The notes under the pieces: model-generated | Databases searched by the model: none | What the model was told of the DNA's origin: nothing | The model's input: only the letters and a program-made list of their open reading frames with translations | Assembly: GCA_044225365.1 (NCBI GenBank) | Contig: JBGAIQ010000002.1 | Coordinates: 64,001 to 128,000 of the forward strand | DNA: 64,000 nt | Origin: Planctomycetota bacterium | GTDB taxonomy: Bacteria > Planctomycetota > B15-G4 > JADJEK01 | Direction of reading: 5' to 3' | In this document: positions 1 to 10,176 of the stretch, piece by piece | Position numbering within the stretch: the first letter of the stretch is position 1 | Layout: each line of letters starts with the position of its first letter | Made by a program: the position numbers and the translations under genes

Positions 1-143
1 ACGGACATCGACACGCGGGAATCGACCGTTCCGAAATCGTCGCCCTTCGGCCGCATCACACATTTGCCCACCAGCACGGCGGGGCCGAGCGCCATCGCGG
101 CGAGCAGGGCAATGAACGAAGTCCCCCGCGGTGGCGTGTTCAT
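1..143 (-). CDS. 5' part of a membrane/secreted protein running off the window edge
   Basis: ATG at 143 overlaps the GT2 stop (ATGA); open frame MNTPPRGTSFIALLAAMALGPAVLVGKC... with a hydrophobic N-terminus. Confidence 0.6.
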   Translation of the reverse strand, partial: MNTPPRGTSFIALLAAMALGPAVLVGKCVMRPKGDDFGTVDSRVSMS

Positions 144-904
144 GATCCGCTCGGGGTCATCTTCTGGAACAACCGCCCGGTCTTGTCGCGCCACCACAGG
201 AAGAAGCTGAAGCGGAGCACCTTCACGAGCTTGCCGAACGTGAGGTTCGATTCGCCCGCGGCGCGCTCGACGAACGTGATCGGGACCTCGACGATCCGTG
301 CACCCTTGCGATGCGAGCGAATCAGCACCTCGGGCACGATCTCCGGACCGACCGAGACCATCGTGTCGAGGCCGATCTTCTCGAGGAGATCACGGCGGTA
401 GGCGCGGAATCCCGAGTTGCAGTCGCGGATCTTCACGCCGAGCAGCACGCGGTTGTAGAAGGTGGAGAGCGACGTGATGAAGACGCGATGCTTGCCGCGA
501 CCGACGTCCTGACCGCCTTGGACGAGACGCGACCCGATCACGAGATCGGCCGTTTCGAGCGCTCTCAAGAGGTCGGGTACGTGCTCGGGACGATGCGAGA
601 AATCGGCATCCATCTCGATCACGACATCGGCCTTCAGGTCGAGCGCCGCCTGGAACGCTTCGATGCCGGCGCGTCCGCGACCCTTGTCCTTCGTGCGATG
701 GAGCAGGAAGACCCGCGGGTTCGTCCGCGCCATCTCCGCGACGATCTTCCAGGTTCCGTCCGGCGAGTTGTCGTCGGCGACGAGCACGACGATGCGGGCA
801 TCGGTATCGAGCAATGCACGCGTGAGGCGCTCCACGTTCGCCGACTCGTTGTAGGTCGGGAGCGTGACGACGATCTTGCGGGCAGACGGAAACGCTTCGG
901 TCAT
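140..904 (-). CDS. Polyprenol-phosphate mannose synthase-like GT2 glycosyltransferase (DPM1-like)
   Basis: VTLPTYNE, DDNSPDGT, MDADFSH, DCNSGFRAY, EVPITFVER motifs; start MTEAFP at 904 overlaps upstream stop (ATGA). Confidence 0.9.
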   Translation of the reverse strand: MTEAFPSARKIVVTLPTYNESANVERLTRALLDTDARIVVLVADDNSPDGTWKIVAEMARTNPRVFLLHRTKDKGRGRAGIEAFQAALDLKADVVIEMDADFSHRPEHVPDLLRALETADLVIGSRLVQGGQDVGRGKHRVFITSLSTFYNRVLLGVKIRDCNSGFRAYRRDLLEKIGLDTMVSVGPEIVPEVLIRSHRKGARIVEVPITFVERAAGESNLTFGKLVKVLRFSFFLWWRDKTGRLFQKMTPSGS

Positions 905-2301
905 GCGGGAACGATTCTCTTCGGTTCGCCGCCAGCATACCGTCGTCCGATCAGGGACCACGCGACGAGCAGCGTGAACAGGGCCGTGAGCGCGATGCGC
1001 ACGTCGTAGAGGTGATACCAGAACGGCGTCAACGTCCAGGTCTGGTCGGGATTGAGAGAGCCGCGCAGCGACGTCCCGCGGATGATCGAGAACTGGGCGT
1101 AGATGAAGAGGTCGAGCGCGATCGCGGTCGCGACGAGCAGTCGCTCGCGCATGAACACGAGCGCGAGCGCATTCGTCCACATCACCCATTGCGGTGAGTA
1201 GAACTTCGCGAAGAGCACGAAGAACGCGGTCGCGAGGCACATCCAGCGCACGAGGCCCTCGTCGTCGTCCATGCGAACGAAGAAGGCGAAGAGCGCGATG
1301 ATGAACTGCAGCGCCGCGAGGATCTTCAGGATCTTCGCCTCGGTCGCGCTGCCCGAGGGGATCTCGAACCATTGTTGCGAGATCTGCTGGTAGAGACCGC
1401 CGGGATTGCTGATCCGCGCGCCTTGGTGCAGATAGGGCGCGAGCGCGGCGCGGAAGCCGCCGGTCGCGAAGGTGCGCCAACCCTCCGGCAGCTTCGAGAC
1501 GAGATCGTCGACGCTCTTCGGCACGTCGGTCTTCGGGAGCGCGGCGAGGCGCGTGCGCGGATTCGGACCGTTCGCGATCTCGGAGTAGCGCAGGCCTCCG
1601 CTGACGAACGTCGTGCCGACGACGGCGATCGCCGTCACGGCGGACACGAGCGTCGGCAGCACGATGTTGCGACCGAGCCTCCTCCCGATGTAGTTCAGGT
1701 AGAACGGCAAGAAGAGGATCGCGTACCACTTGGTGAGCACCGCGCACGACAGCGCGAAGATCGCGAGCAGGTGGCGCTTCTTCAGGAGTAGGAGCAGCGA
1801 CGTCGAGACCAGGAGGACGGGGAGCACGTCGTAGCGCGAGAGCGAGAAGTAGAGCGAGGCCGGCAGGATCGCGACGAGCGCGAAGCGCGGATCGCGCTGG
1901 AAGTGCTCACACAGCTTCGCCGAGACGAACACCAGGAGCAGCAGGAGGACGGCCATCTCGAGCGAGTGGATGTTGGCGTAGCGCTCGAAGATCGCGAGAT
2001 GGCGCTTCACCGCATCGGGTTGGCCGCTCTCGTAGGTCGCGGCATCGCTCGGCGCGTCGATGAAGAGGAACGGAATCGCACAGAACCACGTCGCGAGTTC
2101 AGGATACTCCGAGCTCACCTCGAGGAACGGAACCTGATGGCGTGGCAGGAAGCTGCCGCGCTGCAGGTAGACGTCCCGGTCGTGGTCGTCCTCGAAGAAA
2201 TGCACGTCGCTCTCGCCTGGTGTCTTCAGGGCGAGGACGCACGCGGTGAACGCGGCGATGACGATAGCGGCGATGGCCGTGACGCGAGCGGCGGAAGGCA
2301 T
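901..2301 (-). CDS. GT-C membrane glycosyltransferase, GT87-like
   Basis: Multiple TM helices; EYP motif in first loop, RYD, K-W-Y and SPQW motifs; translationally coupled to GT2. Confidence 0.75.
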   Translation of the reverse strand: MPSAARVTAIAAIVIAAFTACVLALKTPGESDVHFFEDDHDRDVYLQRGSFLPRHQVPFLEVSSEYPELATWFCAIPFLFIDAPSDAATYESGQPDAVKRHLAIFERYANIHSLEMAVLLLLLVFVSAKLCEHFQRDPRFALVAILPASLYFSLSRYDVLPVLLVSTSLLLLLKKRHLLAIFALSCAVLTKWYAILFLPFYLNYIGRRLGRNIVLPTLVSAVTAIAVVGTTFVSGGLRYSEIANGPNPRTRLAALPKTDVPKSVDDLVSKLPEGWRTFATGGFRAALAPYLHQGARISNPGGLYQQISQQWFEIPSGSATEAKILKILAALQFIIALFAFFVRMDDDEGLVRWMCLATAFFVLFAKFYSPQWVMWTNALALVFMRERLLVATAIALDLFIYAQFSIIRGTSLRGSLNPDQTWTLTPFWYHLYDVRIALTALFTLLVAWSLIGRRYAGGEPKRIVPA

Positions 2302-2342
2302 GGGGCGGGAAGACTACCACGGGATCGGCGCGACTGCCCTCC

Positions 2343-2374
2343 TCGCCAACCGCCAATCGCCGATCGCCAATCGC
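2343..2374. repeat. Heptamer tandem repeat (TCGCCAA-like, ~4.5 units)
   Basis: tcgccaa ccgccaa tcgccga tcgccaa tcgc in intergenic space. Confidence 0.8.
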
Positions 2375-2377
2375 GTT

Positions 2378-5300
2378 TCAGTTCCCTTCACACGCGCAGC
2401 TCTCGGCGCCGGCAGTCACGTTCGCCGGGTCGGAATCGAAGAAGAAGTGCGGTTCCTCGACGCGACCCCCGCCGATCATCGAAGCCGCTTCGTAGATCTC
2501 GCCGTTCTGGATCACGAGGCGGATCTTCTGACTGTTCTTGATGTCGGCGAGCGGGTCCGCGTCGAGCACGAGGAAGTCCGCGAGCTTGCCCTTCTCGAGC
2601 GAGCCGAGATCCTTGTCGAGGCCGATGTAGCGCGCCCCGTCGAGCGTCGCCGCACGCAGCGCCTGCATCGACGTGAGGCCGCCCTGCGTCAGCATCGTGA
2701 GCTCCCAATGGGCGCCGAGCCCCGCGAGCTGGCCGTGGGCGCCGAGTTGGACGTGCTCACCGGCATCGACGAGCGACTTGCAGATCGTCGCCGCGCGGAA
2801 GTGGTTGTACTCCTCGAGCGGCGCCCGCGTGCGGCGGCGCGATCGCGGATCGATGATCTCGCGCGGCACGAAGCGATTGAGTCGTTCGTTCTCCCACACG
2901 TTCGTCGTGTCGTACCAGTAGTTCTCGCCCCACATGCCACCGTAGGCGACGATCAGCGTCGGCGTGTAGCCGACCTCGCTGCCCTTCCACAGGGAGACGA
3001 CGTCCTTGTAGACGTGCTCGACCGGGAGCGAGTGTTCGATGCCGGTGTGGCCGTCGACGACCATCGTCAAGTTGTGCTGCAAGGTCGAGCCACCTTCGGG
3101 CACGACCATCATGTGGAGCTCGCGCGCGGCGGCGAGGATCTTCTGGCGCTGATCGCGTCGCGGCTGGTTGTAGCTCTTCACCGAGAACGCGCCGATCGAC
3201 TGGAGGCGCTTCAGGTGGCGCTTGGCGTCGTCGACGCTCTCGATCTCGGCCTTGAACGAGCCGTACGCGCCGTACAGGATCGTGCCGGTCGAGAACGTCC
3301 GCGGACTCGTGATCAGACCCGCGCGCTGCATCTCGGCGGCGGCGAAGATCGCGTGCGTGTTGGCGCTCGGATCGTGGATCGTCGTCACGCCGAACGCCAG
3401 GTTCGCGTAGTGGACCCAGTCGCGCTGGGGGTTGATCCCCTGCTCGGCCTGGCCGCCGTGCGCGTGGACGTCGATGATCCCGGGCATGACGGTCGCGCCG
3501 CGGAGGTCGTAGACTTCCTGATCGTTGCCGATCGCGAATCGCTCCATCGGAACGACCTCGACGATGCGGTTGGCTTCAACGTGGATCGCGCCGTTCGCGA
3601 TCACCTCGTCACCCTTCATCGTGATGATTCGAGCATCCGTGAACCACTTGCCCATGGTCGGTTTCGCCGCCGCCTGATCGAACGTGATGTCGACGCCCGT
3701 CTCCGGCAGCTCGGGCAATGGCGACGGGGCGCCCGCGAGGAACGCGAAGGCATTGGTCAGCGGTCGCGTGAAGAGCTGCGGGCCGAGCGACCAGAGCAGA
3801 TTCTTCGAGTCGCCGCTGAACTGGACGAATTCGCCGGCATCCTTCGACACGCGGGCGACGGGCAGCGACTTCTCGTTCGGGCCGACCTTCAGTTCGCGTC
3901 CGGTCTCAGGGAACGCCGCGACGTAGGCCTGGAAGCGCTCGACGAAGCCGAGCCACTTGCCGTCGGGCGACACCGTGAACTCGACGGCGTTCTCGGAGCT
4001 CGCATGGGTGTGCGGGTCCTTGCCGTCGAGACCGATCGAGATCAGCGTGTGGCGGTCCGGCTCCTTCGATTCTTCGTCACTCCGCAGGTAGACGCGATCG
4101 TTGCTCGCGCCGAAGCAGGGATGCTCGCCGCTCTTCGTCACGAGCTTCGGTTCGCCGCCCGCGGTAGCGACTACGTACACGCCCGGTTCGAAGCCGTAGC
4201 GCGGACTCGTGAGGCCGCCGCCCGTCACCTTGCGATAGACGATCTTTGCGCCGTCGGGCGAGAACACGGGCTCGACGTACATTCCCGGCTTCGTCGTGAC
4301 CGCGCGACCCTCGCCTCCGCTCGCGCTAGCGACGCGCACGACGCCGAGGCCGTCGTCGTTCCACGCGACGTAGACGATCGATTTCGAATCGCGCGAGAAG
4401 CTCGGGAAGAACTCGAAGTCGTCCTTCTGCGCGGTGAGGCGCTTCGGCGTCCCGTTCGGTAGATCGCGAACGTAGACGTGGCCGAGGGCCTGGTACGCCA
4501 CCTTGTTGCCGTCCGGAGCGACGGTCACCGATTGGATCGCCTTCACGTGGAAGACGTCCGGCGCGACTTCCTGCGGGAAGCGCACGCCGCTGCTGACCTT
4601 TCGCGTGTCCTTCACGTGGAAGGGGATCACGTGATCGGCTCCGTCGTCGATGCCGATGCGATGGATCTTGCCCTTCGACTGCAGAACGATCGATTTGCCG
4701 TCGGGCAGGTAGCGCATGCGCGGATACACGCCGTGGATCGCCCACGTCTCTTGCATGTCGCGCTCGAGGTTGCCGCAGATCTGGCGCTTCGCCCCGCTCG
4801 TGAGATCGATCGTCCACAATGTCGTCTCGAAGCGGACGCGATGGATGTAGGCGAGCGATTTGCCGTCGGGCGAGGGGGTGGGGCGGCACGCGCCGCCGGG
4901 GCCGGCGACGAGCGTGATCGTCTCACCGGTCTGTCGATCGAGCCGCTGGATCGCGTAGATGCCGGCGTTGCTGTCCTTGCTGTACTGGAACGTGCCGCCT
5001 GGCGTGGCGTCGAGGCTGAAGTACAGGTAGCGGCCATCGGGTGAGAAGACCGGTTCGCCGACGTCCTTCTCCTCGGTCGGTTTCGTCGTCATCGGCAGGC
5101 CATCGGTGCCGGAGACGTGATAGAGCCACATCTCGCCGGCGCCGAGCGAGCGATGCGAGACGAAGTGCTTGCGCGCGACGATCCACTGTCCCGACGGCTC
5201 CCACGATGGCTCGTTGAGCAACCGGTAGGTCTCCTTCGTCACCGCTTTCGGGTCCGACCCGTCGCGATTCATGACCCAGATGTTGTCGCCGCCCGCGCGA

Positions 5301-5611
5301 TCGGAGGTGAATGCGATCTTCGTCCCGTCGGGCGAGTAGGTGGGCTGCATGTCCCACGCGATGCCGGACGTCAGCGCCTTCGCTTCGCCGCCGTCGATCG
5401 GGATCACGTAGATGTCTCCGAGCAGGTTGAACGCGATCTCCTTCCCGTCGGGCGAGACGTCGAGGTCCATCCAGGTTCCTTCGTCGACGTCGATCGGCAC
5501 GTCGCGCATCGGCAGGGGCGGGTTGTTGACGTCCCATTGCGGTTCGTCGGCGCGGACAGCGAAGGCGATGAGAGAGGACAGGGAAACCGCGACGACGGAA
5601 AGGCCACGCAT
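2378..5611 (-). CDS. Secreted amidohydrolase with N-terminal PD40/TolB-like propeller repeats
   Basis: Signal peptide MRGLSVVAVSL..; many SPDG repeats; MPGIIDVHAH metal motif; GSLEKGKLADFLVLD C-terminal signature. Confidence 0.9.
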   Translation of the reverse strand: MRGLSVVAVSLSSLIAFAVRADEPQWDVNNPPLPMRDVPIDVDEGTWMDLDVSPDGKEIAFNLLGDIYVIPIDGGEAKALTSGIAWDMQPTYSPDGTKIAFTSDRAGGDNIWVMNRDGSDPKAVTKETYRLLNEPSWEPSGQWIVARKHFVSHRSLGAGEMWLYHVSGTDGLPMTTKPTEEKDVGEPVFSPDGRYLYFSLDATPGGTFQYSKDSNAGIYAIQRLDRQTGETITLVAGPGGACRPTPSPDGKSLAYIHRVRFETTLWTIDLTSGAKRQICGNLERDMQETWAIHGVYPRMRYLPDGKSIVLQSKGKIHRIGIDDGADHVIPFHVKDTRKVSSGVRFPQEVAPDVFHVKAIQSVTVAPDGNKVAYQALGHVYVRDLPNGTPKRLTAQKDDFEFFPSFSRDSKSIVYVAWNDDGLGVVRVASASGGEGRAVTTKPGMYVEPVFSPDGAKIVYRKVTGGGLTSPRYGFEPGVYVVATAGGEPKLVTKSGEHPCFGASNDRVYLRSDEESKEPDRHTLISIGLDGKDPHTHASSENAVEFTVSPDGKWLGFVERFQAYVAAFPETGRELKVGPNEKSLPVARVSKDAGEFVQFSGDSKNLLWSLGPQLFTRPLTNAFAFLAGAPSPLPELPETGVDITFDQAAAKPTMGKWFTDARIITMKGDEVIANGAIHVEANRIVEVVPMERFAIGNDQEVYDLRGATVMPGIIDVHAHGGQAEQGINPQRDWVHYANLAFGVTTIHDPSANTHAIFAAAEMQRAGLITSPRTFSTGTILYGAYGSFKAEIESVDDAKRHLKRLQSIGAFSVKSYNQPRRDQRQKILAAARELHMMVVPEGGSTLQHNLTMVVDGHTGIEHSLPVEHVYKDVVSLWKGSEVGYTPTLIVAYGGMWGENYWYDTTNVWENERLNRFVPREIIDPRSRRRTRAPLEEYNHFRAATICKSLVDAGEHVQLGAHGQLAGLGAHWELTMLTQGGLTSMQALRAATLDGARYIGLDKDLGSLEKGKLADFLVLDADPLADIKNSQKIRLVIQNGEIYEAASMIGGGRVEEPHFFFDSDPANVTAGAESCACEGN

Positions 5612-5801
5612 ACCGATACTCCGGGATGGGTCGAAGAGCGCCGGATGGTACTGCGAAGATGGGTCAGAAGTTGGAGAATCACCAAGCGCGAGGCGCCAAC
5701 TGCAATGGAAAGACATGGCGACGATGTCCGACGCTGTCCTGGCGCTTCGCAGCCGGGCGAATGCCGGCCGAGTTTTTCCACGGGCTGTTAAGCTTCGCCG
5801 C

Positions 5802-7637
5802 GTGTCGCCCATCGCGCCCATTCCCCGGCAGACCCGGCTCATCGTCTTCCTGCTGCTCGTCCTGCACGGCGGCGTGCTCGTGCACACGGCTCTGCGCAAC
5901 AGCGAGACGTTCGACGAGCCGATGTACCTGCTCGCTTCGCGGTCGTACTGGGATCGCTTCGACTTCTCGTTCAATCGCGAGCATCCGCCGCTGTCGAAGC
6001 TCCTGATCGGCATCCCACTGAAGCTCGCGGGACTCGACCTTCCTCCCGACTATCAGACCGCCGGCGCGACGCAGCTTCGATTCATGTACGAAGTGAACGA
6101 CGATCCGCAGCGGACGCTCTTCCTCGGGCGAATTCCGATGATCCTCGTCGGGCTCCTCCTCGGGTTCTACGTCTTCCTGTTCGGGCGGCTCTTCGGGGGC
6201 GATCGCGTCGGCATCGTCTCGCTCGTCGCCTACATGCTGATGCCCGGGATGACCGGCAACACGCCGCTCGCCGCGCTCGATCTCGGCGCGGCCGCGTTCG
6301 GACTCATCGCGTTCTACCACCTCGCGCGCGCGCGCATGGCGCCCTCCCACGGCAAGACGCTGATCGCCGGGATCACACTCGGTCTCGCGCAACTCACGAA
6401 GCTCAGCAATCTGCTGATGGGGCCGGTGTACGTCGTGCTCGCGGTCGCCGACACGATCCGCGAGCGGTCGTGGAAACCGCTCGCGCGGCTCGCCGCGATG
6501 GGGCTCGTCTGCTTCTCCACGATGTTTGCGGGCTACGGCTTCGAGATGCGCACGATCGCCTCGGTGAAGGGCCATCCCCGCTACGACGACGATCCGGTCG
6601 CGCGTTCCGAGGGCTCGGTGTTCGGCGATCCCTTGATGCGCAAGATCACGAGCCACTTCGGGGACAAGCCGATCCCGATGCTCTCCTTCTTCAAGGCCTA
6701 CGACTATCAGAAGCGCGAAGCCGGTGGCGAGGGGCACCCGAGCTACTTCCGCGGCGAGTACAACAAGGGCGACGGCTGGAGGACCTTCTACCTCGTCACG
6801 CTCGCCGTGAAGACGCCGATCGGAATGGTGTCGCTGCTCGCGATGGCTCTCCTGCTCGCAACGGTCTGGCCGCGCACGCGGGGAGCGGACGGCGCGCTGC
6901 TGCTCTATCCCGCGCTGGTCTTCGTCTACTTCTCGCAGGCACCGACGCAGCTCGGTCTGCGCTACGCGCTTCCTGTGCTTCCGCCGCTCGCGGTGCTCAT
7001 CGGCCGACTCATGAGCCTGTTGCCCTCCGCCATCGAGTCCCTGGAGACCGCGCGACGGCGCGACCTCGCGGTCAAGATCGCGGGGTTCGTCGGGTGCATC
7101 GCGCTGCCGATCTACCTGACGTTCGCATTCGAAGAACGAGGCCCGGCCACGGCCGCCCTCTTCGCGTTCGCGGCGATTCCCCTGCTCGCGGGGATCGCGC
7201 TCGTCTCGTTCGGGCGAAGAGTGCTGGGTCCGGTGATCGCGGTATTGATGCTCGCGTCCGCCGTCGAAGTCGGGCGCCAGCATCCCGACTACCTGATGTT
7301 CTTCAATGCCTACGCGGGCGGTCCGGATCACGGGTACAAGATCGTCTCGGTCGGCGACGACTGGGGGCAAGGCGCGTCGCAACTCGCGGAGCTGCAGCGC
7401 GAGCGAGGTTGGGGCGAGATCGCCTACGACTACTACGGGACCGGAAAACCCGAGATCTATGGGCTCAAGTATCACGCCTTCAATGGCGATAAGACTTCTG
7501 GGTTGGTGGCCGCGCATGCGGTCCAACTGACTCGCGAGCGGTTCCGACCAAGCAACACCCGCTACTCCTTCCTCGACGGACTGGAGCCGATCGCGCGAGT
7601 GAACTCGATCTTCGTGTTCGACGTGAAGCCGAAATGA
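5802..7637 (+). CDS. GT39/ArnT-like GT-C membrane glycosyltransferase
   Basis: TFDEP and EHPPLSK loop motifs, many TM helices, DWGQ motif; GTG start at 5802 is an estimate. Confidence 0.75.
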   Translation: MSPIAPIPRQTRLIVFLLLVLHGGVLVHTALRNSETFDEPMYLLASRSYWDRFDFSFNREHPPLSKLLIGIPLKLAGLDLPPDYQTAGATQLRFMYEVNDDPQRTLFLGRIPMILVGLLLGFYVFLFGRLFGGDRVGIVSLVAYMLMPGMTGNTPLAALDLGAAAFGLIAFYHLARARMAPSHGKTLIAGITLGLAQLTKLSNLLMGPVYVVLAVADTIRERSWKPLARLAAMGLVCFSTMFAGYGFEMRTIASVKGHPRYDDDPVARSEGSVFGDPLMRKITSHFGDKPIPMLSFFKAYDYQKREAGGEGHPSYFRGEYNKGDGWRTFYLVTLAVKTPIGMVSLLAMALLLATVWPRTRGADGALLLYPALVFVYFSQAPTQLGLRYALPVLPPLAVLIGRLMSLLPSAIESLETARRRDLAVKIAGFVGCIALPIYLTFAFEERGPATAALFAFAAIPLLAGIALVSFGRRVLGPVIAVLMLASAVEVGRQHPDYLMFFNAYAGGPDHGYKIVSVGDDWGQGASQLAELQRERGWGEIAYDYYGTGKPEIYGLKYHAFNGDKTSGLVAAHAVQLTRERFRPSNTRYSFLDGLEPIARVNSIFVFDVKPK

Positions 7638-7772
7638 AGATCGAGTCGGGGGGTCGCTCCCCCGATGGCGTTCCTTGACCTTTGGCTTGGTTCACGTAGG
7701 CTAGCACGTTCTTTTCCCAATCCGGAAATCACTCCGGACCAGCACGTCAGCCTGAATCCTCGGAGTCAGTTC

Positions 7773-9083
7773 ATGAAGATCGCGGTCGTTGGAACCGGTT
7801 ACGTCGGGCTCGTTGCAGGCACGTGCTTCGCGGAGTCCGGGAACACCGTCATCTGCGTCGATGTCGACCAGGCGAAGATCAAGGCGCTCAACAACGGGCA
7901 GATCCCGATCTACGAGCCGGGTCTCGAGGAACTGGTGAAGAAGAACGTCGAGGAGGAACGCCTCACGTTCACGACCGACATCGACGCCGCCGTCAAGTCG
8001 TCCCTCATCCTGTTCATCGCCGTCGGCACGCCGCCCGGCGAAGACGGCAGCGCGGACCTCAAGTACGTCCTCGCGGCCGCCCGTTCCATCGGCAAGGCGA
8101 TGAACGGGTACAAGATCATCGTCGACAAGAGCACGGTGCCGGTCGGCACGGCGCGCAAGGTCGCCCAGGCGATCGCGTCCGAGACCTCGCATCCGTTCAA
8201 CGTCGTCTCGAACCCCGAGTTCCTGAAGGAAGGCGCGGCGATCGACGACTTCATGAAGCCCGACCGCGTCGTCATCGGCACCGATGATCCGCGCGTGGCC
8301 GAGATCATGAAGGAGCTGTATTCGCCCTTCGTCCGCACCGGCAATCCGATCATCATCATGGACGTGACGTCCGCCGAGCTCACCAAGTACGCGGCGAACG
8401 CGATGCTCGCGACGCGCATCTCGTTCATGAACGAGATGGCGAACATCTGCGAGCGCACGGGCGCCGACGTCACGAAGGTGCGCGAAGGCATCGGCTACGA
8501 CGCGCGCATCGGCATGCCGTTCCTCTTTCCGGGCCCCGGCTACGGTGGATCGTGCTTCCCGAAGGACAGCCGCGCGATCATCTCGACGGCCCGTGACAAC
8601 GGCTACACGTTCAAGATCATGGAAGCCGTCGAGCAGGTCAACACCGATCAGAAGCGCGTCCTCTTCAAGAAGGCGCAGAAGTTCTTCAACAACGACCTCG
8701 CGGGCAAGACGTTCGCGGTCTGGGGTCTCGCGTTCAAGGCGAAGACCGACGACGTTCGCGAGTCGTCCGCGCTCGTGCTCATCAAGGAGCTGCTCGCGGC
8801 CGGCGCGAAGGTGAACGCCTCCGATCCCGAAGCGATCAATACGACGCGCAAGGAGATCGGCGACAAGGTCCAGTACTTCCCGCACAACTACGAAGCCCTC
8901 AAGGGCGCCGACGGGTTGTTCGTGGTCACGGAGTGGAGCGAGTTCCGCAATCCCGACTTCGAACGCATGAAGAGCCTGATGCGCACGCCGGTCATCTTCG
9001 ACGGCCGCAACCTCTACAACCCGCACACGCTCGCCGAGGTCGGCTTCAAGTACTTCCGCATCGGTGCTCCCGGCGTCGAATGA
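7773..9083 (+). CDS. ugd: UDP-glucose 6-dehydrogenase
   Basis: [45 protein letters not shown]; GGAG RBS. Confidence 0.95.
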   Translation: MKIAVVGTGYVGLVAGTCFAESGNTVICVDVDQAKIKALNNGQIPIYEPGLEELVKKNVEEERLTFTTDIDAAVKSSLILFIAVGTPPGEDGSADLKYVLAAARSIGKAMNGYKIIVDKSTVPVGTARKVAQAIASETSHPFNVVSNPEFLKEGAAIDDFMKPDRVVIGTDDPRVAEIMKELYSPFVRTGNPIIIMDVTSAELTKYAANAMLATRISFMNEMANICERTGADVTKVREGIGYDARIGMPFLFPGPGYGGSCFPKDSRAIISTARDNGYTFKIMEAVEQVNTDQKRVLFKKAQKFFNNDLAGKTFAVWGLAFKAKTDDVRESSALVLIKELLAAGAKVNASDPEAINTTRKEIGDKVQYFPHNYEALKGADGLFVVTEWSEFRNPDFERMKSLMRTPVIFDGRNLYNPHTLAEVGFKYFRIGAPGVE

Positions 9084-9119
9084 CGCACGGGGTCGCCTGA
9101 TCGCAGCGAGGATTCACGC

Positions 9120-9152
9120 AAGAGGGCGCCGGCGATGCTCGCCGCCCTCTTT
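9120..9152 (+). terminator. Hairpin between convergent ugd and RGG gene, putative terminator
   Basis: AGAGGG..CGGCGA-tgc-TCGCCG-CCCTCT followed by TT. Confidence 0.5.
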
Positions 9153-9202
9153 CAAGCAGCCCGAGTCGGCTCGAAGGCTGGAATGGATCGATCACGAAGG
9201 GA

Positions 9203-9773
9203 TCAACCGCGGTCGTTGCCGCCACCGCCGCCGCCGTAGCCGCCGCGATCGCCACCCCGGTCGTTGTAGCCGCCACGATCACCGGCCGCCACCTCCACCG
9301 CCCCCGTAGCCACCGCGGCCACCGCCGCCGGGACCGCGACGGAATCCGCCACCGCCGCCACCGCCCGGGCCGCGACGGAATCCACCGCCGCCGCCACCGC
9401 CGCCGGGCCCGCGACGGAATCCACCGCCACCGCCACCGCCGGGCCCGCGACGGAATCCACCGCCGCCGCCGCCACCCGGCCCGCGACGGAATCCGCCGCG
9501 ATCGCCTTCGCCGCCTTCACGATCGCGTGCAGAGCCACGCAACTCGTTGCCGGGTGAAGGGGAGGTGAGTTTCCAATTGGCGCGCTTCGCGATGCGGCGC
9601 GCCGAGCGCGCCATGTAGCGAGTGATCTCGAGAAGCTTGTCGATCAGGACCTCTTCGGCGCTCACGAGACGCATGACGTCTTCGCAGGAAGACTTGATGT
9701 TGTCCGCAATCTTCGCAACTTTGTCGCGACCGATTACTTCGAGGGCAGCCGGGGTTTCCGCGGGATCCGTCAT
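9203..9773 (-). CDS. Small protein with Gly/Arg-rich (GGFRRGPGGG)n tail; apparent frameshift near 9283
   Basis: ORF MTDPAETP.. stops at 9279, but GDRGGYNDRGG.. continues in another frame to 9203; ~70-aa non-repetitive N-terminal domain. Confidence 0.65.
9320..9500 (-). repeat. Coding tandem repeat, 5 x GGFRRGPG(G)n (36-39 bp units)
   Basis: cgcgacggaatcc recurs at about 9336, 9371, 9410, 9446 and 9482. Confidence 0.9.
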
Positions 9774-9965
9774 CTCAGCTCTTTCTGGCAGCAACACTCG
9801 AATCGAGCAAAGCTCGACCGCGAGTCGTCCAAGTAGGGGTGGACCTTACATGCTCTAATACGGAGAGACTTTCGTCCTCCACCGATTCGAAGTCCATCAT
9901 AGCAGACGAACGATCGCGGAGCCGAACACCGACGAGAATTTCACCAAGGGCCGGGAAACAGGAGA

Positions 9966-9999
9966 CCGGGGAGACTCGTGAGGTAGCGAGTCTCCCCGG
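9966..9999 (-). terminator. Perfect 13-bp hairpin, probable terminator
   Basis: CCGGGGAGACTCG-8nt-CGAGTCTCCCCGG, then TCTCCTGTTTCC on the minus strand. Confidence 0.7.
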
Positions 10000-10092
10000 C
10001 TCGGCGTTCGGGGGGGCAAGGCGTCACGGTGTGAGAGAATCCAACCCTATGAGTCCGTGATCACCTCACTTTGAGTCGAACGACTCCGCCGG
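10000..10092 (-). ncRNA. Candidate structured RNA (extended hairpin with internal bulges)
   Basis: Nested pairings CGTTCG/CGAACG and AGGTG-A-TCACGG/CCGTGA-CGCCT with G-U pairs on minus strand; directly upstream of terminator. Confidence 0.3.
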
Positions 10093-10176
10093 CATCGGCC
10101 CGTGCGCGAAGCGCCCGGTCATCGTCGGCCATCGTCGTCCGGTTCTTCGCTGGACCCCGTGCCGACCGCAGAGCGG

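Noticed and set aside
905-1747. Long N-terminal extension of the GT2 ORF (likewise for ORFs called from 15739, 23346, 24404, 47282, 53043)
   Set aside because: These overlap the neighbouring real genes; internal starts with stop/start coupling or RBS fit better
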